Shown here: positions 18,816-29,300 of the stretch, piece by piece
Layout: each line of letters starts with the position of its first letter
How positions within the stretch are numbered: position 1 is the first letter of the stretch
Source of the DNA: a bacterium
Lineage (GTDB): Bacteria > Patescibacteriota > Patescibacteriia > Patescibacteriales > GWC2-42-12
Assembly: GCA_043807825.1 (NCBI GenBank)
Contig: JAZDFM010000029.1
Coordinates: forward strand, 1 to 49,820
Reading direction: 5' to 3'
Length of the DNA: 49,820 bases
The notes under the pieces: model-generated
What the model was told of the DNA's origin: nothing
What the model saw: only the letters and a program-made list of their open reading frames with translations
Databases searched by the model: none
Translations under genes and position numbers: made by a program

Positions 18816-19304
18816 ATGGAAAATAAAAAAAATAATTTTGCGTTTATAGATGGCCAAAATCTCAATCTTGGCATTCAAAATTTGGGCTGGAAATTGAATT
18901 TTTGGCGTTTTAGAAAATATCTTGCTGAAAAATATTCGGTGATTACGGCGTATTATTTTATTGGCTATATGCCCGGCAATCAGCCGCTTTATTCTGAATT
19001 GCAAAAAGCAGGTTATGTATTAGTATTCAAGCCAACTATTCCGGACGGAGATGGAAATGTAAAGGGAAATATAGATGCGGATTTGGTTTTGCAAGCAATG
19101 ATTGATTTTTTAAATTACGGTCAAGCGATTATTGTTTCAAGCGATGGCGACTTTTATTCACTTGTAAAACATCTTTATCAAAATAACAAATTGCGTTTTG
19201 TAATGAGTCCATATGTTAAAACATGTTCAGTGTTATTGAAAAAAGAAGCAAAGGAGAAAATTATATTTATGAATAATTTGCGTGAAAAGCTTGAGTATAA
19301 ATGA
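18816..19304 (+). CDS. NYN (LabA-like) domain protein
   Basis: FIDGQNLN, DADLV and IVSSDGDF acidic motifs of the NYN/PIN-like nuclease fold. Confidence 0.8.
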   Translation: MENKKNNFAFIDGQNLNLGIQNLGWKLNFWRFRKYLAEKYSVITAYYFIGYMPGNQPLYSELQKAGYVLVFKPTIPDGDGNVKGNIDADLVLQAMIDFLNYGQAIIVSSDGDFYSLVKHLYQNNKLRFVMSPYVKTCSVLLKKEAKEKIIFMNNLREKLEYK

Positions 19305-19425
19305 AAAAACACCGCCGAGGGACAAAACCCGAGGAAGTGCTTTTTCTTGTGGATGCATAAAGCGTAGCATAATTGATTATAAAAAGTCAATAAGCAGTTT
19401 TTGCAGAATGGTAATTTATTAAAAT

Positions 19426-20421
19426 ATGCGGATAATAAACATAATTGAAAAAAAACAGCTGAATGATTTTGTCGGCGGAGAAAAGCGCGCCCAATTTCTG
19501 CAATCTTGGCAGTGGGGAGAATTTCAAAGGGAAGTGAGCGGCATTATTTGGAGGATAGGGGTGGAAGAAAACGGAAAACTAATCGCGTCCGCCAAGCTTG
19601 TAAAAAAGCAGTTGCCGATTGGCCGCAGTTATTTTTATTGCGGGCGAGGGCCGGTTATAGCAGAAAACGCTAAATCTGAAACTGAAAATATTTTGAATTT
19701 TTTATTTGAAGAAATAAAAAAAATCGCCGAAGCCGAAGCTGTTATGTTTTTGCGCTTTGAGCCGACTTTCAAATTTGAACTTGCAAATAGCCGGCTGGAG
19801 GAAAATTTTCAGATTTTTAAAACAATTGATGTCCAGCCAAGCAAAACCCTGATTTTGGATTTAACAAAATCAGAAAGCGAAATTTTAAAGCAGATGCGCC
19901 AGAAAACCCGCTATAATATTCATTTGGCCGAAAAAAAAGGCGTAAAAATAATTGAGGCCGCAGAAAGAGATTTTGAAGAATTTTGGCGGATTTTATCAAC
20001 CACCGGCGACCGCGACGAATTTAATCTGCACGGCAGAAGCTATTATAAAGCCATGTTGAAAATGGATTCTGATTTTATTAAATTGTCATTCGCGAGATAC
20101 GGCGGCAATACGCTGGCGTCCAGCTTGTCCGTTTTTTTCGGAGATACAGCCGTTTATATCCATGGCGGGTCGTCAAACGAAAACCGCGAAACAATGGCGC
20201 CGTACGCTTTGCAATGGCATAATATCATGCTGGCTAAAAAATCAGGATTTAAATATTATGATTTTCACGGCATTGATGAAAAAAAATGGCCCGGAGTGAC
20301 GAGATTTAAAATCGGCTTTGGCGGAGAAATAGCCGAATATCCGGGAACTTTTGATTTGGTTTATGACGCTGGATGGTATAATATTTATAAAATGGTAAGG
20401 AAAATCAGGAGAACATTTTAA
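19426..20421 (+). CDS. FemAB-family peptidoglycan interpeptide aminoacyltransferase
   Basis: 331 aa. FLQSWQWGEF, KTRYNI.LAEKKGV and FDF.GI motifs are typical of FemX/FemAB transferases. Confidence 0.8.
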   Translation: MRIINIIEKKQLNDFVGGEKRAQFLQSWQWGEFQREVSGIIWRIGVEENGKLIASAKLVKKQLPIGRSYFYCGRGPVIAENAKSETENILNFLFEEIKKIAEAEAVMFLRFEPTFKFELANSRLEENFQIFKTIDVQPSKTLILDLTKSESEILKQMRQKTRYNIHLAEKKGVKIIEAAERDFEEFWRILSTTGDRDEFNLHGRSYYKAMLKMDSDFIKLSFARYGGNTLASSLSVFFGDTAVYIHGGSSNENRETMAPYALQWHNIMLAKKSGFKYYDFHGIDEKKWPGVTRFKIGFGGEIAEYPGTFDLVYDAGWYNIYKMVRKIRRTF

Positions 20422-20424
20422 ATT

Positions 20425-21813
20425 ATGGAAATATTATTGAATAAAATAAAAAAATATATTCCTACAAAACTATTTAAGGCCATGCAACCAGCCTATCATT
20501 TTTTATTAAGTTTTTGCGCTTCGGCTTTATGCGGCTGGCCTTCTTCCAAAATTATTGTTATAGGCGTAACCGGAACGACCGGAAAAACAACAGCGGTTTA
20601 TTTGATCGCGAAAATGTTCGCTTCGGCCGGGTATAAAGCCGGATTTACTTCAACCGCGATTTTCAATGATGGAAAAAAAGAATGGCTGAATAATAAAAAA
20701 ATGACCATGCCGGGCAGATTTTTTACGCAAAGGATGCTTAAGAAAATGGTAAAAAATAAATGCCAATACGCGATAATTGAAACAACTTCGCAAGGCATTG
20801 AGCAGTTCCGCCATAAATTCATAAATTACGACATTTTGGTTTTTACCGGCCTTTATCCCGAACATATTGAAGCCCATGGGAGTTTTGAAAATTATAAGAG
20901 AGCCAAAAGCAAATTGTTCGCGCATTTGAAGCAATGCAAGACAAAATACTCCAATGACAAAAAATTCGTGGTTAAAGCTGAAAACGGATTCAAAAAAATA
21001 TCAGCCAACAGAGTTAAAAAAACCATTATAGCCAACGGCGATGATAAATACGCGGATTATTTTATGGATTTTTGGGCGGAAGAGAAATTGTTTTATTCAA
21101 AAGAGAAAAGAGCGGGAGCGGTTGAATATGGAGACATTAAATCGGAAAAATCTGGTGTGAGCTTTAAAATCGGAGGCGATGAGGTGAAATTGAATTTATT
21201 AGGCGAGTATAACGCGGCCAACGCCATGTCGGCGGTTTGCGCCGGATTGAGCCAAGGGGTTGGCTTGGAAAAAATAAAATCAGGTTTGGAAAAAATCAGC
21301 GGCGTTCCCGGCAGAATGGAGGTTATAAAAAACGCGGATTCGGATTTTATCGCGATAGTTGATTACGCTTACGAACCTGAAGCTTTGCGTAACGCGTATG
21401 ATGCTGTTTTAAAATTGGAGCATAATAAAATTATTCATGTTTTAGGTTCGGCCGGTGGAGGGCGAGACGCGGCCCGAAGGCCGAAATTGGGTGAAGTGGC
21501 CGGCCAAAACGCCGATTTCGCGATAATTACCAATGAAGACCCTTACGATGAAGACCCCGCGATAATAATAGATCAGGTGGCTGATGGAGCTATTGTCGCG
21601 GGAAAAATTGAAAACGAAAATTTGTTTAAAATTCAGGACAGGCGCGAAGCCATTAAGAAAGCTTTGTCTTTAGCAGGGATTGGTGATATTGTTTTGATAA
21701 CCGGCAAAGGCTGCGAGCAAGCGATTTGCGCCGCCAATGGCGTAAAAATTCCTTGGGATGATAGAAAAGAAGTTGAAAATGAGCTGAAAAATTTAAGCAA
21801 TAATAAAAAATAA
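20425..21813 (+). CDS. murE: Mur ligase family protein, MurE-like
   Basis: GVTGTTGKTT P-loop, ETTSQG, the FTGLYPEHIEAHGSFENY..AK..LF central motif, and a C-terminal Mur ligase domain (GSAGGGRD). Confidence 0.75.
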   Translation: MEILLNKIKKYIPTKLFKAMQPAYHFLLSFCASALCGWPSSKIIVIGVTGTTGKTTAVYLIAKMFASAGYKAGFTSTAIFNDGKKEWLNNKKMTMPGRFFTQRMLKKMVKNKCQYAIIETTSQGIEQFRHKFINYDILVFTGLYPEHIEAHGSFENYKRAKSKLFAHLKQCKTKYSNDKKFVVKAENGFKKISANRVKKTIIANGDDKYADYFMDFWAEEKLFYSKEKRAGAVEYGDIKSEKSGVSFKIGGDEVKLNLLGEYNAANAMSAVCAGLSQGVGLEKIKSGLEKISGVPGRMEVIKNADSDFIAIVDYAYEPEALRNAYDAVLKLEHNKIIHVLGSAGGGRDAARRPKLGEVAGQNADFAIITNEDPYDEDPAIIIDQVADGAIVAGKIENENLFKIQDRREAIKKALSLAGIGDIVLITGKGCEQAICAANGVKIPWDDRKEVENELKNLSNNKK

Positions 21814-21824
21814 TTTTTATTTTT

Positions 21825-22361
21825 ATGGAATTATATTCTCCTGAATTTTATGATAAGCACAAAGGTTATTTAAAAAATTCGAGTGAAATCGCGAAAAATT
21901 CCGAAATGAGTCAAGATGAATTTGAGTCTTGGAGAGAGATTGATATAAAGGGGTATCGCAGTTATATATTGTTTATTATAAATTGCCCAAAACAGATTCA
22001 AGATTTTCTTAATATGGAGATGAAAGGCAAAGCGGAAAAATGTTTAGTCGCATTGGATGAAATTTGCAAAAAATTCATCGCCAGCATAGAGCGGATAAAT
22101 GCCGATAATTTAAGCGATTCATTTATGATTGATGACATTTTGATTCTTAAAGAAAAAGGCGTAAAAACGCTGGAAGAAGTTAATGATTTGATTATTGCCG
22201 GGTATAAAAATAATAGCATTACCGATGATTTTATTAAAGAAATAAATGAAAAAATGTATTTTTTTATTGAATCGGGGAATGAGATGAGTAATAACGGAAG
22301 ATATTTATTATACAGATCAAGAATAGGCGGAAAGCAAAATAGAAGCGATTTTTTGAATTAG
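21825..22361 (+). CDS. hypothetical protein (AT-rich orphan)
   Basis: 178-aa ORF with no recognisable motif. Noticeably more AT-rich than its neighbours. Confidence 0.45.
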   Translation: MELYSPEFYDKHKGYLKNSSEIAKNSEMSQDEFESWREIDIKGYRSYILFIINCPKQIQDFLNMEMKGKAEKCLVALDEICKKFIASIERINADNLSDSFMIDDILILKEKGVKTLEEVNDLIIAGYKNNSITDDFIKEINEKMYFFIESGNEMSNNGRYLLYRSRIGGKQNRSDFLN

Positions 22362-22514
22362 CGCTTTATTTGAAAAAATATTTTTTCTGTGTTTGCCCTG
22401 TGGATAATTATTATTGCCATGGCAAAAAAATAAATATATGGGTTATATATTATGGCTAAAATTAAAGAAAATAAATTAAACTTGCATAATTTTACAATAG
22501 AATTTTAAAAACTC

Positions 22515-22543
22515 TTGACAAGCATAATGATTGTTGTTAGTAT
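22515..22543 (+). promoter_or_regulatory. promoter in the long rpoB upstream region (TTGACA-17-TAGTAT)
   Basis: ttgaca at 22515-22520 and tagtat at 22538-22543. Confidence 0.5.
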
Positions 22544-22939
22544 TTAATAAGTTTTCAACAAGTTAAAATTTATATAATAAAATAAAGCTCTTTCTGCATC
22601 TGTTTTTTATCAAGGATGGCAGAATAAAATTCAACGGCTCCGTCAAAGCGGTAATAAGCAGGATGGAAAGGTGTATACTGGCCGTTTTTTTGTTATCAAA
22701 AAAGAAAATCCCCATAATTACGCATATTTTTAAATCTTAAATAAGTGAAAACTTATCTCGTCAATTAAAAATATTCACAGACAACTCAACAACAAACAGA
22801 TGATTGAGTTTTTTGTTTTTTTATCAAGGGACTGCCGCCGAATACCGTATTCGCCCTAAATTTCCAAATTTACTCAAAATTGTGAAAATTTATGCTCGAA
22901 AGAGCATTCGGTGGCAGTCCAGTTAAATCGCTAAAAAAT

Positions 22940-25900
22940 ATGTCTAAAAACAAGCAAATGGCAAGGAAATTTTTTACTGAAACAAGATCGGCGATTGATT
23001 TGCCTGATTTGATTGAAATTCAAAAGGATTCTTATAATTGGTTTTTGCGCGAAGGCTTGTCGGATTTGTTTGAAGAAATTTCTCCGATAACGGATTTTAT
23101 AGGGCGCAATCTTGAATTATCTTTGGAAAATTATTATTTGGACGAGCCTAAATTTGATGAAAGCGAAAGCAAGTCCAAAAATATCACTTATGAAGCGTCT
23201 CTCAGAGTAAAGGCGAAATTATCAAATAAAAAAACCGGCCAAACAGTTTCGCAGGAAGTATTCTTGGGGGATTTCCCTCTAATGACCAAAAATGGCACTT
23301 TCATAGTCAACGGAATTGAAAGAGTCGTTGTGTCCCAGCTAATCAGAAGCGCCGGAGTTATTTTTACCTCGGAATTCATAAAAGGCAAAAAATATTACGG
23401 AGCCAAAGTGATACCCAATAGAGGAGCTTGGCTTGAAATTGAAACCGACATAAACAATGTTATATGGGTGAGGATAGACAGAAAGAGAAAAGTCGCGATT
23501 ACTTCCTTGTTAAGGGCTTTCGGATATTCAACGGACGAAGAAATAAGACAGCTTTTTTTGGATGAAAATGGAAAATCTGATGAAATCGGAGATGAAAAAA
23601 GCCTGTCCGGATATATTGAAGCTACCTTATCTAAAGATATCGCTAAAAATGAAGCCGAAGGATTGAAAGAAGTGTACAAGAGAATCAGGCCGGGAGATTT
23701 GGCGACAACCGATAACGCCAGACAATTGATCCATTCAATGTTTTTCAGATTTGACCGCTATGATTTTGACCGCGTCGGCCGTTATAAAATGAACAAAAGA
23801 TTCGGCCAGAATATTCCGAATAATAAAGAAAACAGAGTTTTAAGAAGAGAAGATTTGATCACCATCATTAAAGAAGTCGTCAGATTGAACATTACTCAAG
23901 AAAGAGAAGACGATATAGACCATCTTGGAAATCGCCGCGTCAGAGCTATCGGAGAATTGATCCAAAATAAATTCAGAGTGGGTTTGGCCAGAATGGAAAG
24001 AATAGTAAGAGACAGAATGAGCATTATGGATATAGACAGCTTGACCCCGAATAAATTGATAAACGCCCGCCCGGTTATAAGCGTGGTCAAAGAATTTTTC
24101 ATGTCTTCCCAATTGTCTCAATTTATGGATCAGACTAATCCTTTGGCAGAACTTGAACATAAGCGAAGATTGTCAGCCATGGGTCCGGGAGGTTTGACTC
24201 GCGAACGCGCGGGTTTTGAAGTGCGCGATGTGCATACGACTCATTATAGCCGCATTTGCCCGATTGCCACTCCCGAAGGGCCGAACATCGGCTTGGTCGG
24301 CCATTTGGCCAGTTATGCCAGATTGAACAGTTATGGTTTTATTGAAGCTCCTTACAGAGTGGTTTTGCATGACATTGAGAATGATCCGGCGAAAACTCTT
24401 GATAAAACGGCGCGCGAAGATATTTATGAAATTCATGGCGATAAAAAAGGCAAGTTGATCGTTAAAGCCGGAGAAGTTATTGATAAAAAAATCGCGGCCG
24501 AGCTTAAAGAAAAAATGGGGCATATTATTATTCCGATCGTTCCTGTTTTGGGAGATGAAATCGTATATCTTGACGCTTTTGAAGAAGAAAAATATATCAC
24601 AACTTCATCCACGGCTCCTGTTGACGACAAAGGGCATTTTACGGTTGAAAAAGCCGAAGTGAGAAAATACGGCCAGCCTTCCATTGAATCGGTGGAGAAA
24701 ATAGATTTGATAGGCGTGGCTCCCAACCAAATAGTTTCAGTCGCCACTTCTTTGATTCCGTTTTTGGAGCATAACGACGGCATAAGAGCTTTGATGGGAA
24801 CAAACATGCAACGCCAAGCCGTGCCTTTGATAACAGCCGAATCTCCGATTGTGGGAACGGGGATGGAAGCGCGCGCGGCCGCCGATTCCGGCCATATCGT
24901 TTTGGCCGAAGACGACGGGGAAATTGTTAAAATTGACGGAAGAGCGATTGAATTTAAAGACAAAAAAGGAAAAATATCAAAATATGTTTTAAATAAATTT
25001 TTGCGATCAAACGCTTCAACATGCATAAATCAGCGCCCGGTTGTCAATCGCGGAGATAAAATTAAAAAAGGCGATGTTTTGACAAGCAGTTCGGCGATTG
25101 ACAACGGAGAATTATCTCTCGGCAGAAATGTGCTTGTCGCTTTCATGAGCTGGGAAGGGTTTAATTATGAAGACGCGGTGATTATTTCCGAAAAATTGAT
25201 GAAAGAAGATGTTTATTCTTCCATTCATATAGAAAACTACACGATTGATGTACGCGACACCAAACTCGGGCCTGAATTGATAACCAGCGACATCCCGAAT
25301 ATAAGCGAGGAAAAATTAAAAGATTTGGATGAAAGCGGCATCGTCAGAATCGGAGCTGAAGTTTCTTCTGGCGATATATTGGTGGGGAAAATTACGCCTA
25401 AAGGCGAAACCGAATTATCCGCCGAAGAAAAACTTTTACGCGCGATTTTCGGAGAAAAAGCCAAAGATGTCCGAGATTCTTCGCTATATTTGGAGCATGG
25501 CGAACACGGCAAAGTAGTTGATATTAAAATATTTTCGCGAGAAGATGGAGATAAATTGGCGGCCGGAGTAATACAATCAATTCAAATAACCGTGGCTAAT
25601 TTGAGAAAAATTCAGATCGGAGACAAGATGGCCGGACGATACGGAAACAAAGGAGTTATTTCAAAAGTGGTGCCTGTTGAAGATATGCCTTATTTGGAAG
25701 ACGGCACTCCGATTGAAATAATTTTATCGCCTTTGGGAGTTGTTTCAAGAATGAACCTCGGACAGCTTTTGGAGACTCATTTAGGATACGCGGCCAAAAA
25801 ATTAAATTATAAAATAGCGGTTCCTCCGCTTAACGGAGTGAGCGAAGCCAAGATTAAAGAAGAATTGGAAAAAGCCGGTTTGCCGACGGATGGAAAAATG

Positions 25901-26362
25901 ACGCTTTATGATGGAAAAACAGGCGAAGCTTACGATAATAAAGTGGTAATCGGGTATAAATATATATTGAAATTGAACCACATGGTTGAAGATAAGATGC
26001 ACCAAAGGTCAATCGGCCCTTATTCTTTGATCACTCAGCAACCTTTGGGAGGAAAAGCCCAATTCGGAGGCCAGCGTTTTGGAGAAATGGAAGTTTGGGC
26101 GCTTGAAGCTTATGGCGCGGCCCATTGCTTGCAGGAAATATTAACAATCAAATCAGATGATGTGCCGGGCAGAAGCAAAGCTTACGAGGCAATCATTAAA
26201 GGCGAGCCGATCAGAAAATTGAATGTTCCGGAATCGTTTAATGTTTTAGTCAGGGAATTGAAAGGGTTGTGCTTGGATGTTGAACTTATGCAAGGCGATC
26301 AGGTTATAAATTTGGAAAGACAGGGGGATGACAAGCCGGCGGAAGAAATAGAGCGTAAATAA
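22940..26362 (+). CDS. rpoB: DNA-directed RNA polymerase beta subunit
   Basis: Conserved LPDLIEIQKDSYNWFL near the N-terminus and the full set of beta-subunit blocks. The ATG at 22940 is preferred. The ORF-track start at 22892 lies inside a leader hairpin. An alternative start is at 22958. Confidence 0.95.
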   Translation: MSKNKQMARKFFTETRSAIDLPDLIEIQKDSYNWFLREGLSDLFEEISPITDFIGRNLELSLENYYLDEPKFDESESKSKNITYEASLRVKAKLSNKKTGQTVSQEVFLGDFPLMTKNGTFIVNGIERVVVSQLIRSAGVIFTSEFIKGKKYYGAKVIPNRGAWLEIETDINNVIWVRIDRKRKVAITSLLRAFGYSTDEEIRQLFLDENGKSDEIGDEKSLSGYIEATLSKDIAKNEAEGLKEVYKRIRPGDLATTDNARQLIHSMFFRFDRYDFDRVGRYKMNKRFGQNIPNNKENRVLRREDLITIIKEVVRLNITQEREDDIDHLGNRRVRAIGELIQNKFRVGLARMERIVRDRMSIMDIDSLTPNKLINARPVISVVKEFFMSSQLSQFMDQTNPLAELEHKRRLSAMGPGGLTRERAGFEVRDVHTTHYSRICPIATPEGPNIGLVGHLASYARLNSYGFIEAPYRVVLHDIENDPAKTLDKTAREDIYEIHGDKKGKLIVKAGEVIDKKIAAELKEKMGHIIIPIVPVLGDEIVYLDAFEEEKYITTSSTAPVDDKGHFTVEKAEVRKYGQPSIESVEKIDLIGVAPNQIVSVATSLIPFLEHNDGIRALMGTNMQRQAVPLITAESPIVGTGMEARAAADSGHIVLAEDDGEIVKIDGRAIEFKDKKGKISKYVLNKFLRSNASTCINQRPVVNRGDKIKKGDVLTSSSAIDNGELSLGRNVLVAFMSWEGFNYEDAVIISEKLMKEDVYSSIHIENYTIDVRDTKLGPELITSDIPNISEEKLKDLDESGIVRIGAEVSSGDILVGKITPKGETELSAEEKLLRAIFGEKAKDVRDSSLYLEHGEHGKVVDIKIFSREDGDKLAAGVIQSIQITVANLRKIQIGDKMAGRYGNKGVISKVVPVEDMPYLEDGTPIEIILSPLGVVSRMNLGQLLETHLGYAAKKLNYKIAVPPLNGVSEAKIKEELEKAGLPTDGKMTLYDGKTGEAYDNKVVIGYKYILKLNHMVEDKMHQRSIGPYSLITQQPLGGKAQFGGQRFGEMEVWALEAYGAAHCLQEILTIKSDDVPGRSKAYEAIIKGEPIRKLNVPESFNVLVRELKGLCLDVELMQGDQVINLERQGDDKPAEEIERK

Positions 26363-26390
26363 TTATAAATTTCATAAAATATCCACTCAT

Positions 26391-29300
26391 ATGCTTAATC
26401 CGATAAAAACAACCGATTTTGACGCCATTAAATTAAAATTAGCTTCGCCTGAAGAAATTTTAAAATGGTCTCATGGAGAAGTAATTCGTCCGGAAACCAT
26501 AAATTACCGCACGCAAAAGCCGGAGAAAGACGGATTATTTTGCGAACGGATTTTCGGTCCGTCAAAAGACTGGGAATGTTATTGTGGCAAATACAAAAAA
26601 ATCAGGTATAAAGGCGTAATTTGCGATAAATGCGGCGTTGAAGTTACCAGAAGCTTGGTAAGGCGCGAAAGAATGGGTCATATAAAGCTTGAAGCGCCAG
26701 TAAGCCATATTTGGTTTCTTAGAGGCACTTCTTCAAAAATAGGTTTGATTTTGGATTTACCAATGCAAGCCATGGAAAAGGTTGTTTATTTCGCGAGTTT
26801 CGTAATTTCGGATGTTAATGAAGATTTGCGGCTGGCGACGATTGAACAGATAAAACAGGAATATAAAAGCAAAAGAAAATCCATTGAAAACGATTGGCAG
26901 AAGCAAGTTAATGAAATTAAAAACAAAAAAGGCAAATTGCTTTCTCAAGGGGAAAGCGAATCGGATATTGAAAGAATGTTAAGCGCGGAGATAGAATCTT
27001 TGGAAAAGATAAAACACGACAAACTTGATAATTTGGAGCAAGCTTTTGAACAGGCGCAGAAAGAATTGAAAGATTTGAAGCCTTTAACCATAATTTCCGA
27101 AAGCGCGTACCAAAATTTGAGTTTAAAATACGGACATATTTTTACCGCCGATATCGGCGCCAGCGCCATCAGAAAACTTTTGGAAAAAATTGATTTGGAT
27201 AAAACCATTGAAATCGTAAGCAAAGAACTCGTTTCAGCGATTGATTCAAAAAAAGATAAAATGATCAGGCGTTTGAAATTGTTGAAGAGCTTAAAGGCCA
27301 ATAATTTGAGGCCCGAATGGATGGTTTTGAATGTTGTTCCGGTGATACCGCCGGATTTAAGGCCGATGGTTCCTCTTGACGGCGGCCGTTTCGCAACTTC
27401 CGATTTGAATGATTTATATCGCCGAATAATAAATCGTAATAACAGGTTAAAGCAGTTGATTGAGCTTAACGCTCCCGAAGTGATATGCCGCAATGAAAAA
27501 AGAATGTTACAGGAAGCGGTTGACGCTTTAATTGATAATTCAATCAGGCACGGCAAAACAGTCGTCGCTTCCACCGGCCAAAAAAGAATGTTGAAATCTT
27601 TAGCCGATTCTTTGAAAGGCAAACAGGGAAGATTCAGGCAGAATTTGCTTGGAAAAAGAATTGATTATTCCGGCAGAAGCGTTATCGTGGTCAACCCCAA
27701 TTTGAATTTGGACCAATGCGGTTTGCCGAAGAGAATGGCTTTGGAATTATTCAAGCCTTTCATAATCAGCAAACTTATCAACAAAGAAATCGTGCATAAT
27801 GTTCGCAGCGCTTCGCGTTATATTGAATCGGGCAAAGACGAGGTTTGGGATATACTTGAAGATATTGTTAAAAAATCGTATGTTATGCTGAACCGCGCGC
27901 CGACTTTGCATCGTTTGGGAATTCAGGCTTTTAAGCCGATTCTTATTGAAGGCTTGGCCATACAGATCAATCCTTTGGTTTGCACTGCTTTTAACGCCGA
28001 TTTTGACGGAGATCAAATGGCTGTTCATGTGCCTTTGACAGAAGAGGCTATCGCGGAAGCCAGAGACATTATGCTGGCCAGCCACAATTTGTTAAAGCCC
28101 GCGACCGGAGATCCGGTGGTCGCTCCTAACCAGGATATAGTTTGGGGAGCTTTTTATATCACCAACATAGACGATGATTATTTGAACGCCGATGAGAAAA
28201 AGTTGAAAAATTTTTATTCGGTTGACGACGCTAAATTGTCTTATGACATGAAAAATATTAAGCTTCAGCAAAAGATCAGAGTGATTATTGACGGCGAATT
28301 TGTGATTACAACAGTCGGACGAGTCATATTCAATGAAGTTCTGCCTGTTAAATTGCGCTTTGTCAATGAAACCGTCGGCAAAGGAAAATTGAAAAATTTG
28401 GTAAAAGAATGTTTGAGATTTTACGGAGAACAGCAAACAATTGACTTGCTGGATGATTTGAAAAAAGTCAGTTTTAAATATATCACCAAAAGCGGATTGT
28501 CATGGGGAATGGACGATATACCTCACCTTTATGAAAAAGATGAAATGATTTCCAAGGCTTCGGAGCAAGCTGAAGAAATAAGAGAACAATACCGCGACGG
28601 ATTGCTTACAGACAGCGAACGCTACAGCAAAACAATTGAGCTTTGGACTACGGTGAAAGAAAAGGTTATTGAAATATGCAAAAACCATCTTCCAAAAAAC
28701 GGGCCGGTTTATTCAATGATTGAATCGGGCGCGCGCGGTTCTTGGGCCCAGCTAACTCAAATAATAGGAATGAAAGGTTTGGTAACTTCTCCCTCAGGAG
28801 ATATTATTGAATTGCCGGTTAAGGGAAATTTTAAAAAAGGATTCAGCGTTTTGGAATATTTCATATCAACCCACGGCGTGCGAAAAGGTTTGTCAGATAC
28901 CGCTCTTAGAACTTCCAACGCAGGTTATCTTACAAGGCGTTTAGTTGATGTTTCGCAGGATATCATAGTTGTTAAAGACGATTGCGGAGACGAAGAAGGC
29001 TTGCTGTTAACAAAAAAAGAAAGCGAAGAAATGGGAGTGAATTTGATTAAGAGAGCGACGGGCAGATTTTTGGCCGCTGATTTGAAAAATAAAAACGGCA
29101 AAGTCTTGATAAACGCCGGAGAGCTTGTAACCGAAGAACTGGCTGAAAAAATAGCCAAAGAAAATATTGAAGAAGCCAGAATAAAATCCGTTTTGACTTG
29201 TAAAGTGCACAGAGGAATTTGCGCGAAATGCTACGGTTATGATTTGGCTTACAATAAAACCGTTAAAATCGGAACGGCAGTTGGAATTATCGCGGCCCAG

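Noticed and set aside
19305-19425. Possible ncRNA or tRNA fragment downstream of the NYN gene
   Set aside because: There is no cloverleaf or T-loop (GGTTCGAATCC-like) motif and only weak direct repeats (cgagg...cgagg). It is probably just the promoter region for the FemAB gene.
22892-22939. Upstream ATG at 22892 as the rpoB start
   Set aside because: The ATG sits in the stem of the atgctc-gaaa-gagcat hairpin, and the added residues (MLERAFGGSPVKSLKN) are not beta-subunit-like. The ATG at 22940 is preferred, though this is not proven.
24433-25026. 197-aa antisense ORF inside rpoB, plus similar ones inside rpoC at 26945-27622 and 27747-28436
   Set aside because: They are fully embedded in highly conserved RNA polymerase coding sequence on the opposite strand, with no motifs.
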